From a virus: a DNA stretch of 64,000 nucleotides. The notes beneath the pieces are model-generated. The model was given only the letters and a program-made list of their open reading frames with translations. It had not been told where the DNA came from and did not search any database. Positions 8,136 to 16,429 of this stretch are shown here, in pieces. Every line of letters begins with the position of its first letter. Position 1 is the stretch's first letter. The stretch covers positions 56,360 through 120,359 of IMG/VR virus record IMGVR_UViG_3300019854_000029; one strand, given 5' to 3'. Made by a program: the position numbers and the translations under genes.

Positions 8136-8513
8136 TTACGCGAGTGCAATGTACGTGTAGGAGCCGTCCGGGAACAGGAAGCGCGGCCCGTCCGGGTAGG
8201 AGACGGGAATATCAGCGGGGTCAGACCATTGGGAGACGGCCCACCCGTGCTCTCGGGCTTCTTCCCGGTGGGTTTCCACGTACCCGTGACATCCGGTGGT
8301 GCCGCTTCCGCATAGGACGATGAGGTTCACGGGACTGTTGATTTCTTCGTCTTTCGTGCCGCCCATGCCACGCGCTTTACGGTGCTGGATAGAGGACTGA
8401 ATGTAGGTGATGTCTTTCCCGCACCGTGCGCACCGCCACCCGTCACGGTTGTACACCAACATGCGGGTTTCAGGGCTGGGGCCGGTAGACCTGTGAGACT
8501 TACGTGAGGCCAT
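8136..8513 (-). CDS. HNH endonuclease
   Basis: RDGWRCARCGK...IQHRKARGMGG...NLIVLCGSGTTGCHG (CxxC, H-N-H core, second Cys/His pair). Its start lies 1 nt after the RecT-like stop. Confidence 0.75.
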   Translation of the reverse strand: MASRKSHRSTGPSPETRMLVYNRDGWRCARCGKDITYIQSSIQHRKARGMGGTKDEEINSPVNLIVLCGSGTTGCHGYVETHREEAREHGWAVSQWSDPADIPVSYPDGPRFLFPDGSYTYIALA

Positions 8514-8514
8514 G

Positions 8515-9798
8515 TCAGATCAGTCCTTCTTCGCCGTCAAGCTCGTTCTCGTCGAGAGCGTCCTCGGGCATGTCTACGCCACCAAAGCCCAAGCGCTCGT
8601 GAATGTTGAGGAGCATCCGGCGCACTGTGTCGTCGTCGAGAGTGTGGACGGGCACGGGGTGTGCGAACCCAAAGTCGGCGTAGAGGTTTTCGGTTTCTAC
8701 GTAGTCGAGGCGCTGATCGAGGAGCTGGGCGAGTTCACGCTGTGCTGCGCTCAAAAGCGGGGGACGCTGCTGCTCGGGAGCTGGGGCGGGCTGGGGTGCG
8801 GGCTGCTGCATGACAGGAGCGGGAGTGGGCATGTTGCGCGGAGGTTGAGGCGCATACCCCTGAACGGGCGCGGGAGCATTGTCTTGCTTTACGGGGACGC
8901 TTTGCGCGTGAGCGCGCTGCTTTTCCATTTCCCTGAGCAATGCTGTTGCTTCACTGGGGCGCATCGTCTCATACGTGCGAGAAGGCGCGACGCACTTCTT
9001 AATGAGCGCGCGCTTAGCGCCGGGGGACATGCCGGTCAACGCTGCGGAGAGCGCTTCAATCTCGGCCTTAATGTCAACGGTTTCCGCCGCGTTGCGCTCG
9101 TGCTCGTAAGAGACAAGGGTGGGGAGGATTTCGGTTGCGAGTTCTTCTGCGGTGCGAGATTGCAGGTCGTCGAGCGTGAACCCGGTGAGGTTTTTGAGGG
9201 TTTCGTCGTCCAACTTGAGGTAGTCGATTTCAGCTTTCACGGGAGCAAATGCGTGCGCGAACTTCTTCTCGTGGTCGGAGGAGACTTCTTCGGGAGTGTA
9301 GATGAGGCCGTTCAGCACGTCGGCTGCGTGACGGCGGCACACTTCAGCGACAGCGCGGTTGGTGAGCATTTCCTGTGTGTGCTGAATCCAGAACGTGCTG
9401 GAACCCCACAAGTGAGCGCGGCGGGCGCGCTGTTCGTCCCACACGCTCGTGTAGGTCTGCTTCTTGGTGCCTGTCGCTGCGGGGCGAGTGAGAGTAACGG
9501 TCGCCGTGTGTGTGGCTTCGTCGTAGGTTTCTTCGAGCGTGAACCCGTGTTTGAGGACTGCTGCGGTCATCATGTTCACGCTGATAGTGGGCTTCACGTC
9601 GCCGGAAGAATCAGGGATGAGGTGGATGCCGTTAAGGACTGCGGAGATGTTAGCGAGTCCGGCGGCTTCGCCCATTTCCATTGCAAAGAGGATTGCGCCC
9701 GCGTTGTGGCGGTAAGCGGTGGGTAGGACGGTGTTGGTGTCTGCGAGAGCGAGGGCGTAGGCGAGACGCTGGTCGAAAGTGAGCTGCGAGAAGTCCAT
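8515..9798 (-). CDS. RecT-family single-strand annealing protein with a long Pro-rich/acidic C-terminal extension
   Basis: ...AILFAMEMGEAAGLANISAVLNGIHLIP...ISVNMMTAAVLKHG... and ...FWIQHTQEMLTNRAVAEVCRRH... resemble conserved RecT blocks. I prefer the start at 9798 (MDFSQL, AGGA upstream); the ORF extends to 9888. Confidence 0.55.
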   Translation of the reverse strand: MDFSQLTFDQRLAYALALADTNTVLPTAYRHNAGAILFAMEMGEAAGLANISAVLNGIHLIPDSSGDVKPTISVNMMTAAVLKHGFTLEETYDEATHTATVTLTRPAATGTKKQTYTSVWDEQRARRAHLWGSSTFWIQHTQEMLTNRAVAEVCRRHAADVLNGLIYTPEEVSSDHEKKFAHAFAPVKAEIDYLKLDDETLKNLTGFTLDDLQSRTAEELATEILPTLVSYEHERNAAETVDIKAEIEALSAALTGMSPGAKRALIKKCVAPSRTYETMRPSEATALLREMEKQRAHAQSVPVKQDNAPAPVQGYAPQPPRNMPTPAPVMQQPAPQPAPAPEQQRPPLLSAAQRELAQLLDQRLDYVETENLYADFGFAHPVPVHTLDDDTVRRMLLNIHERLGFGGVDMPEDALDENELDGEEGLI

Positions 9799-9895
9799 TG
9801 TTTCTGGTCCTAGTGGTTGTTGTGGTTTGGTGTGTGAAAGTTTTGGGGCGGCGGGCGCGCTTTTGGTTTGGGAGAGCACGCCCGCCACAGTGGGT

Positions 9896-10444
9896 TTACT
9901 TGGTGGGGAGTTCGTCGTCGCCCATCTTGAGAGTGGTCAGGAGGGACTTGACGGTGACGGCGGTGTCGAGTGCGTGAGCGCGCTGTTCCTCAGTGAGAGA
10001 GACGCGGAGCGTGCCGCGCATGGCTTCTTCGGACTTGACAGACACGCCTGCGGGGAGTTCCCCGCCTTCGCGTTCGATGATCGAGTCAAGTTCACGGTAT
10101 GCCTTAGATGCTGCGGGGAACGTTACGGTCATGACTGCGCCATGATCGTAAATCTCATGTTCTTCGCACCACGTGGCGAATGCTGCTGCGTCGTCGATCT
10201 TGTACGCGCTTCCGGGGCGAACCCACGTGATCGTGCCGGAGGTTCCCATTCCGTCGCCGCCGAACTTGTAGCCGCCCTTCTGCTTGGTTCCTGCGAAACG
10301 CTCGTCAAGATTGTCGAGGATATAGCCGGAGGCCATAGCGCGCGCGTTCTTCAATGCCTTTTCGAGGACGCTAACGATGATGAGAACCTTGGGTGCGAGG
10401 ATGTCCCACTTCTTAGAGGGACGGAGCTTCTTCACATCGGCCAT
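9896..10444 (-). CDS. Hypothetical protein (182 aa) upstream of the recT-like gene
   Basis: ATG with AAAGGAAA upstream. Its size and position would fit a Gam-like or other recombination accessory protein, but no motif was recognised. Confidence 0.5.
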   Translation of the reverse strand: MADVKKLRPSKKWDILAPKVLIIVSVLEKALKNARAMASGYILDNLDERFAGTKQKGGYKFGGDGMGTSGTITWVRPGSAYKIDDAAAFATWCEEHEIYDHGAVMTVTFPAASKAYRELDSIIEREGGELPAGVSVKSEEAMRGTLRVSLTEEQRAHALDTAVTVKSLLTTLKMGDDELPTK

Positions 10445-10507
10445 GATGATGTTTCCTTTCGATTGAACCGATACAGGTAAACGTATGGGTGTGGGGGAGG
10501 TTGGGAG

Positions 10508-10642
10508 CTAGTTCTTGCCGCCGCGTCGTACTGCGTGGGCTTCGGTCTTGTAAGCCTGAGCTTTCTTGCGGGCAATTGCGATCATGTGTCGCGCTTTTTC
10601 TCGCTCGTAGCGTTCTTGTGCTTTGGTTTGCGTGGTGGTCAT
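10508..10642 (-). CDS. Possible small basic protein (44 aa), not in the ORF track
   Basis: ATG...TAG ORF MTTTQTKAQERYEREKARHMIAIARKKAQAYKTEAHAVRRGGKN, lying between promoter copy P2 and the next gene. The RBS is weak. Confidence 0.3.
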   Translation of the reverse strand: MTTTQTKAQERYEREKARHMIAIARKKAQAYKTEAHAVRRGGKN

Positions 10643-10690
10643 TGGTTTGGTCTTTCGGTTTTTATTGGTGGCGTTGCAACCACCCTTATA

Positions 10691-10716
10691 GTGTACCTAA
10701 ATTATGCGACTATGGC
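10691..10716 (-). promoter_or_regulatory. Promoter module copy P2
   Basis: The minus-strand reading is GCCATAGTCGCATAATTTAGGTACAC (-10 CATAAT). It overlaps the TAG stop of the nuclease gene and lies ~50 nt upstream of 10642. Confidence 0.5.
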
Positions 10717-11462
10717 TAGTCGGTCAGGCCGCATTTTTGGAGCGTGTCAGCCAAGGCTTTCTTCTCAGCACTCGTCACGCTCAGCCCATACTTGGCTTTC
10801 ACTGCGACCTGCCTAGAGGCGTATGTGCAAGCGAACGCCTCGTTGGGGGGCATCCATTGGCTTGCGTCCTTGGAGCCTTTAGCTTGGTTGTCGCTGCCGT
10901 TTACTGCGAGCAGGTTCTCGGGGTCGTTTGCGAGGGCTTCGCGCTGGCCTTGGGTGAGCTTGTCAGCGCCACTACGCCATGCGTTCTCTAGAGCAACAAC
11001 ATGGTCGATTTGGACCTTGGAAGCGTTCTTCTTGGAGAAAACGATTTGGGTGCCCGAGTAGGGGTCTGCGAGGCTACCGGAGACGATGACGCACTTGTTT
11101 GCTTTCTTCGCTTCGTCTGTCCGGTAGGAGATGTTGGTTAGGTCGCGGGCGAGAATGTCATTGCGAGTGTCACACCCGTTGTGGTCTACGTCTTTCCATG
11201 CGGGGCCAAAGTCGGCTACGCGGTCGTATTTCCCGTTTGTTTTGGGGTTGTCTACGACTTTGAGGGAGTCGAGGGTTGAGAGTGTCCCGCCCTGTGCGGG
11301 GGTCGCTTGGATACTGACCGCATTGGTCGGGTTTGCCGTGGGGGTAGGCGAGTGGTGCTCCACTCCGATAGCCCAAAAGATTGCAAGCACGATGATGGCT
11401 GCGAGAGTGAAAACAAGCATTGCTTTCACATTGGACGCGGCAGGGCTTTTCTTTTTGCGCAT
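10716..11462 (-). CDS. Membrane-anchored extracellular DUF1524/HNH-type nuclease
   Basis: N-terminal TM segment (AMLVFTLAAIIVLAIFWAIG). Motifs are DHNGCDTRNDILARDL...DPYSG...QIDHVVALENAWRSGA...LANDPENLLAVNGSDNQAKGSKDASQWMPPN, typical of actinobacterial DUF1524 proteins. Confidence 0.75.
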   Translation of the reverse strand: MRKKKSPAASNVKAMLVFTLAAIIVLAIFWAIGVEHHSPTPTANPTNAVSIQATPAQGGTLSTLDSLKVVDNPKTNGKYDRVADFGPAWKDVDHNGCDTRNDILARDLTNISYRTDEAKKANKCVIVSGSLADPYSGTQIVFSKKNASKVQIDHVVALENAWRSGADKLTQGQREALANDPENLLAVNGSDNQAKGSKDASQWMPPNEAFACTYASRQVAVKAKYGLSVTSAEKKALADTLQKCGLTD

Positions 11463-11578
11463 TGCTTATGCTCCTATGTGGTTGTTGGTTGGTTTGGTGC
11501 CTTTAGACTAACAACCGTGACTGGCAGTTGCGTACAGTTTGAGACGGTTTCTACTGTCTGATATTTCATCCACGTGAT

Positions 11579-12109
11579 GTGCAGCACGCTTTCAGGGATG
11601 GTCCATACTCTGAGCACATGGTCCCACCACTTGAACTGGAAAAGTCTCCCCTCGACTTCCTCTCCCACACGTGCGCCGCACTGTCCGGCGATAGTGACAC
11701 GCTCATTCACTCTGAGGACGAATCCAGCCCAGAATGGCTGTGGCTACGCCTCATCAACGCTTCACCCTCCCCAATCGGGCGGACAGACTTCGCGCCCATG
11801 CTCATACAACAGCTCTGCGATGCTCCCACGGGTAATCCGCTTGGCTTCTACCGTGTCCGTATTCATGGCGGGTCCGTGTACTTCACGTGCGACACCACTA
11901 AGGGAGAAAGCGTCCCACGTCGTGCGGCTGCTGCTATCCGCAAAATGGTGGAAGCCGTAGACAAGGGACTCCCAAATCCTTTTTGGCCCGCTGAGTGGGA
12001 CCACCTTCTCACTCGCGGGGGAATAACGTTCACCCCGTGGGGAGAGTGCGCGCCACGCATGACACAAACATGGGAAGAAGCCATGCAAGACATGACACGG
12101 TGTGCCTAA
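11579..12109 (+). CDS. Hypothetical protein (176 aa), lone plus-strand gene in a minus-strand block
   Basis: Longest ORF in the region. The GTG start is uncertain (alternative ATG at 11618). Competing frames 11574-11960 (+) and 11762-12118 (-) are judged less likely. Confidence 0.45.
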   Translation: MQHAFRDGPYSEHMVPPLELEKSPLDFLSHTCAALSGDSDTLIHSEDESSPEWLWLRLINASPSPIGRTDFAPMLIQQLCDAPTGNPLGFYRVRIHGGSVYFTCDTTKGESVPRRAAAAIRKMVEAVDKGLPNPFWPAEWDHLLTRGGITFTPWGECAPRMTQTWEEAMQDMTRCA

Positions 12110-12215
12110 AAGGTACATTTTTGGCCAGGTGTGCTATTCTTGCGTTTAGTGGACATCCCCCGTCCACTCACACTGGTCTTTATGTCTAGTGGAACATTGT
12201 GATGTGATTGAACTA

Positions 12216-12266
12216 GAAACGGGGCCGTGACGCTTTCCTGTTGTCGTCATGGCCCCGTTTCTTTAT
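12216..12266. terminator. Bidirectional terminator
   Basis: 11-bp perfect stem GAAACGGGGCC (12216-12226) / GGCCCCGTTTC (12251-12261), with inner pairing TGACG/CGTCA and followed by TTTAT. It lies between convergent genes. Confidence 0.75.
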
Positions 12267-12284
12267 GCCCATTTTCCGCTAGTT

Positions 12285-12554
12285 CTAGGCTTTCACGGCC
12301 TCGTAGTATTCCTCAATCACGGCCTGTAAAAGATCGTTGTAGAACTTCTTATCGGTGGGGTGGAACAGTTCGTATTGTTTCCCGTCCGCACTGCGGCCCG
12401 TGGGCATTCTCAGGGAGTATCCGCCTGCGGTGAGTACCAGGCGCACGCCGGTGAGGAGCATGATTCCACTGACGTACACGCACGCTTCGCATAGGTAGTC
12501 ACTGGGGTCGGGGCTGACGTGGGCGATTTTGACTCGTTCAATGGCTGCGCTCAT
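12285..12554 (-). CDS. SpoVG-like protein
   Basis: MSAAIERVKIAHV...CEACVYVSGIMLLTGVRLV...GYSLRMPTGRSADGKQYELFHPTDKKFYNDLLQAVIEEY parallels the SpoVG pattern (V..V......A.a.i....f.v..irv.....g.fv.MPsrr..dG...di.hP......i..av...y). The ATG at 12554 overlaps the upstream stop (ATGA). Confidence 0.5.
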   Translation of the reverse strand: MSAAIERVKIAHVSPDPSDYLCEACVYVSGIMLLTGVRLVLTAGGYSLRMPTGRSADGKQYELFHPTDKKFYNDLLQAVIEEYYEAVKA

Positions 12555-13135
12555 AGGTTGAGTCGCCCCTTGCTCCATCGGACGCGACCGAGTTTGATTT
12601 CTTTCTCAATGGCCCTGCGGGGGAAGAACTGTTCGGCTTCTTGGATGGTTGCTCCGGGGTGTTCTTCTAGGAACGCTCTGAGCGTCGTAGGGGCCGTGTA
12701 CACGCTCTCGGTGACCTTCCGGGCCTCCGGGCGTTCTACGGGCTTCCTAGCGGGCATGTGAGGCTCTGTAGAGGCTTTACGTGCCACTTGCTCTACCGCG
12801 CGCGGTTGGATAGCTGGACGCGGCTTCGACGCTTCCGCCACAAGCTCATCTTCCGACAGTTCCCCAAGGAGCATTGTCAGCATGTCAGGAGTCAACAACT
12901 GTTCTTCTTGAGCCAGACGCAACGGCTTAAGGTACTTACTGCGATCAGCGGGGGTAATGCGACGCGGGTGGGAGAGGAAACTGAACCCTTGGGCGCGTTC
13001 CTTCGCCTCGAACTCAGCGAAAAACGCTGCTTTCACCTCGTCATAGTTCCATGTGCCGATCACGCGGCCCAGATGATACGGGCCTTGAAGATCGTTCAAG
13101 CGCTTACCCACCGTAGGGTCGAGTTCAAGATTCAT
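12551..13135 (-). CDS. Hypothetical protein (194 aa)
   Basis: The start is set at 13135 (MNLELDP), giving an ATGA overlap with the stop of the FtsK-like gene. Confidence 0.6.
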   Translation of the reverse strand: MNLELDPTVGKRLNDLQGPYHLGRVIGTWNYDEVKAAFFAEFEAKERAQGFSFLSHPRRITPADRSKYLKPLRLAQEEQLLTPDMLTMLLGELSEDELVAEASKPRPAIQPRAVEQVARKASTEPHMPARKPVERPEARKVTESVYTAPTTLRAFLEEHPGATIQEAEQFFPRRAIEKEIKLGRVRWSKGRLNL

Positions 13136-15288
13136 TGCAGGAGTCCCCAAATGCTAGACGAGTCCAGTTTTTCTGCGTCCGAGGCGCTGATCGCTGCCTC
13201 TTCCGTGGTCTCAGTGGTTTCTTCGACCAACAGGTCATCTTCTTCTTCCTCATCGTCGTCTGCCATGTCGTAGAACGTTGGCACGGTCATCGGCTGGTTG
13301 GAAGCAGGCTCAAAGCCGAGCTTTTCCCAGTAGGAGGAAATGTAGTCAGAGATCGCCGTGGTCTCGCTCTGGTCGGCTGCGAGCATCGCGGCTTTAATGA
13401 ACGTCGGCGCACCGTCTTGAACGAATGGGAACTTCGCTCCCATGTCGCCGGGATGCGACAAAGCGTAGGGGAACTCGCTTGCCGTGCGAATACCCAAAGC
13501 GCGTACAACGTCCTCAGCAACGTTCGTCCGCAATACTGCTGCTGCGCGTATCTGCTTAATAGCATCAGCGGGGAGGTGAGAGTTCACTGCGCGCTGCGGG
13601 GTCACAATGATGTAGATACCCAGCGACGCGAACGTGTTCGTCACCTTCTTGAACAATGCTTCATACTCAGACAGGTCACTGCCCATGCCGTCACTGATCG
13701 TGGAAAGCTCATCGAAAAGCATGTAAATGAACGGCAACTCCACATCCGGGTTGAGCTTCTTAAAGTCCAGAATGTTCACCTGACCAGACTCAGCAAACAT
13801 CTTGGAACGGCGGGGAACCTCAACGTTGGCAATGAACCGTAGAGTCTCCAAAATATCGCTCGACGTAAACGCCTTGCGGCGAATGTGCGGCAGGTTCAAC
13901 GACGCATAGTCAGAGGCTTCGCCCTTCGCGTCGCAAATAGCGAACTGAATCTCCGTCGGAGGCACATACGCTGCCATCTGGCACACGAGGTTCTTCGCGA
14001 ACACTGACTTACCTGAACGGGTAGGGCCAGCGACAAGAATCGAGTTCAACCCATACAGGGAGCCGTACTGTGGCTTGCCCATACTGTCTACGCCGATCAC
14101 GACAGGGAGCTTGTTTTGGGGGTTGAGAATAAAGTCTCGCACGCCCTTGTCCTGATACAGGTCGCCGGTTGAGAGCATGATTCCACCATCACCCTTGTAC
14201 AGGTGAATGAATGCTTTCGAGCCGGACTTGAAGCCAACGGCGCGCGCGTTCGGGTGTTCTTCCACGCCTCGCTCGTCGTAGCGGTAGATGTCTGCGAGTT
14301 CTTCTGCGAGCTTGTCATGAGACAGTCGAGAGCCGCGCGACACGGTGAACACGTACATGAACTGGTTTTCTTGCGCGCTCAGTAGTTCGGGCATTGAATC
14401 TTCTGGCGTGTTGATCTGCTTTGCTGCGCCGTAAATCATTTCAGCGAAGATGGCCCACTGTGACGTGTCCTTCTGGTAGGTCGTCCACGCGCTGATCGAC
14501 GGGTTGATGCGGGGGAGGATGGCCGAGAACTTCTCAAAGAGGAACCCGCGCGTGTACATGCCTTTCATGCCCTCGGGCACGTCGGCTTCGCGGGGGATTC
14601 CCGTTGAGACGGGCTGAGCGGGCAGGAGGTCACCCCAGCCCAAGTCCTCTTCCTCTGCTTCCACCGTGGGGGCGGCTTCTACTACCGGCTCACTGCTGAA
14701 AGCAGGCTCAACCGGGGCGGGCTGCGGCAAGGGAGCGGGGGTCTCGACAACCGGCTCGGGGGCGGGACGGTTCTTGCGCGCGCGCAATGTGCTTAGCGAG
14801 AACCCGCCAGTGAACAAGAGCGCGCCACACATGGCAGAAAACATGCCGCCCAAGAGGACATACGCGCCAAAAGACAAGACGGGAACAAAGATGCTGAGCA
14901 GCGTGAGGAGAGTGCCCGCAACGCACGTGCCCGCCGAGAACTTGAGCGCACTCAGCCCGGTCTCGGCAACGGTGTCAGCCGTATGGTCCTTGGAAGCCTT
15001 CACGGCTTCTTTCGTGAACTGCCATGAGGCTTGACCTGCTGCCATTGCCGCACGCTCTGCCGTGGACTGTGCGCTCGCGGTCTGGTCTTGCCCAATATGA
15101 GCAAAAGACATGCCGCCGGGTTGCCCTAAGCCGCTGGACGCATAGGGGGCAAGCTGAGGGCCGCTGATAGTCCGCTCAGGCATACCCCAATCCAAGTTAC
15201 TGTCACCCATTCCCGGAGCAAACGTCGGCTGGTGCGTGCGCTGCTGGTAGCGTCGCAACGCTTCATCATCATCAGAGTTAAAAGCCAC
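13132..15288 (-). CDS. FtsK/SpoIIIE-family DNA translocase, probable T4SS coupling protein (TcpA/ConQ-like)
   Basis: N-terminal TM helices, Walker A VAGPTRSGKS and Walker B PFIYMLFDELS. GTG start at 15288 preceded by GGTGAGG. Confidence 0.8.
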   Translation of the reverse strand: MAFNSDDDEALRRYQQRTHQPTFAPGMGDSNLDWGMPERTISGPQLAPYASSGLGQPGGMSFAHIGQDQTASAQSTAERAAMAAGQASWQFTKEAVKASKDHTADTVAETGLSALKFSAGTCVAGTLLTLLSIFVPVLSFGAYVLLGGMFSAMCGALLFTGGFSLSTLRARKNRPAPEPVVETPAPLPQPAPVEPAFSSEPVVEAAPTVEAEEEDLGWGDLLPAQPVSTGIPREADVPEGMKGMYTRGFLFEKFSAILPRINPSISAWTTYQKDTSQWAIFAEMIYGAAKQINTPEDSMPELLSAQENQFMYVFTVSRGSRLSHDKLAEELADIYRYDERGVEEHPNARAVGFKSGSKAFIHLYKGDGGIMLSTGDLYQDKGVRDFILNPQNKLPVVIGVDSMGKPQYGSLYGLNSILVAGPTRSGKSVFAKNLVCQMAAYVPPTEIQFAICDAKGEASDYASLNLPHIRRKAFTSSDILETLRFIANVEVPRRSKMFAESGQVNILDFKKLNPDVELPFIYMLFDELSTISDGMGSDLSEYEALFKKVTNTFASLGIYIIVTPQRAVNSHLPADAIKQIRAAAVLRTNVAEDVVRALGIRTASEFPYALSHPGDMGAKFPFVQDGAPTFIKAAMLAADQSETTAISDYISSYWEKLGFEPASNQPMTVPTFYDMADDDEEEEDDLLVEETTETTEEAAISASDAEKLDSSSIWGLLQ

Positions 15289-15291
15289 GGT

Positions 15292-15444
15292 TCACCTCAC
15301 CAAAAATAGAGACACAAGCACGGTCACAACAGCAATGAGCACGGCGACCACGTAAAAGCTATTCTTCGTGGACTCGTTCATATCAAGAGACTTCACCCAC
15401 GAGATCGACAGGATTAAAAACATCGTGATAAGCGTGACTAACAT
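15292..15444 (-). CDS. Small two-TM membrane protein (50 aa), not in the ORF track
   Basis: MLVTLITMFLILSISWVKSLDMNESTKNSFYVVAVLIAVVTVLVSLFLVR. Its ATG overlaps the upstream stop (TGATG), and its stop lies 4 nt before the FtsK-like GTG. Confidence 0.55.
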   Translation of the reverse strand: MLVTLITMFLILSISWVKSLDMNESTKNSFYVVAVLIAVVTVLVSLFLVR

Positions 15445-16397
15445 CAGCGCGCCCAATCCTTGTACTGGTCAATGATGTAGGACGCGGGGTCAACACCATC
15501 AGAGTCTTTCAGGAGATTGTCGAGGTCCTTGTCGATAGAGACAAGCCACCCGGTGTCTTGCGCGGGGTAACGCTGCACGGTGATATCGAACGACACCTCA
15601 CGCATGGGCACGTCACTATCACTCGTCGTACCGGTCTGAAGATGGTCAATGGACTGCTGGTAAGCGTTCGTCACGTACTGGTAAGCGATCTGCTGGCCTT
15701 TAGCCGAGTCAGCCTCACCCTTCATCGCGTCCTTGAGCTGCGCAAAGAGCTTGTCTTTGTCCTTGAGCCAGAAACTCTTATTGCTCATGTCGATCATCTT
15801 TGCGCGCACCGTGTATGACTCTTTATCGCCCGTAAAGTTCGCGCTACGAGACACGCTCTGCACCTGCAAGGACAGCAAACCAAGACGGTAGCGTTCCCGC
15901 TTGTACTGGTCCTTAAAGTCCGACGTTGACGCGGTAGAAGAATCAAAATAGTCCGCGTAAGTTGTCACGACGCTACTACGACGCGAATAGAACTGCGCGG
16001 TCGAAAAATCCAGCGTATTCAACGCGCGCATGTACGTGTACACGACCTCATCAGGAGCCGTGTCCTTGTTCCCCAACGACAGGGGCGTGCCGTCGGTGTC
16101 CCAAATGAACCCGTCCTTGGGGGTTCCGTACTTTTCGCGTAGTTTGTCTTGCTGGCGCATGAGAACTTGGTCTACGCCTTCGGGGCCGCTCGACGCGGAA
16201 GCATTGCTTTTCGCTGATGCGGACGCTGCGACTTCTGCGCGTACTTTATCGACGTTCGCTTGTGCGCTGCGTGACCTTACGAGACCGTATGTGCCGATCA
16301 ACAGTGCGATCACTAATGCGACGGCAATGCCCGCCGTGGTGCCCCGGTGGGTTTTCACCCACTGACCTACATTGTTTGGCTTTAGTTTCTCGTCCAC
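15444..16397 (-). CDS. Membrane-anchored extracytoplasmic protein (317 aa), T4SS-associated
   Basis: A single N-terminal TM segment (GIAVALVIALLIGTYGLV) is followed by a soluble domain. Its position between VirB4-like and FtsK-like genes fits a VirB8/TcpC-type role, but that is only a guess. Confidence 0.5.
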   Translation of the reverse strand: MDEKLKPNNVGQWVKTHRGTTAGIAVALVIALLIGTYGLVRSRSAQANVDKVRAEVAASASAKSNASASSGPEGVDQVLMRQQDKLREKYGTPKDGFIWDTDGTPLSLGNKDTAPDEVVYTYMRALNTLDFSTAQFYSRRSSVVTTYADYFDSSTASTSDFKDQYKRERYRLGLLSLQVQSVSRSANFTGDKESYTVRAKMIDMSNKSFWLKDKDKLFAQLKDAMKGEADSAKGQQIAYQYVTNAYQQSIDHLQTGTTSDSDVPMREVSFDITVQRYPAQDTGWLVSIDKDLDNLLKDSDGVDPASYIIDQYKDWAR

Positions 16398-16429
16398 TCC
16401 CTTAACCTTTCTAGGACCGTCTGAGATTT

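Noticed and set aside
7802-12578. Is this a prophage, given the RecT-like, HNH, WhiB-like, ASCH and tRNA genes?
   Set aside because: No terminase, portal, capsid, tail, tape-measure or lysis cassette was recognisable anywhere in the 64 kb, while a full T4SS-type gene set and an actin-like partition cassette are present. A phage-plasmid ancestry cannot be excluded but is not supported here.
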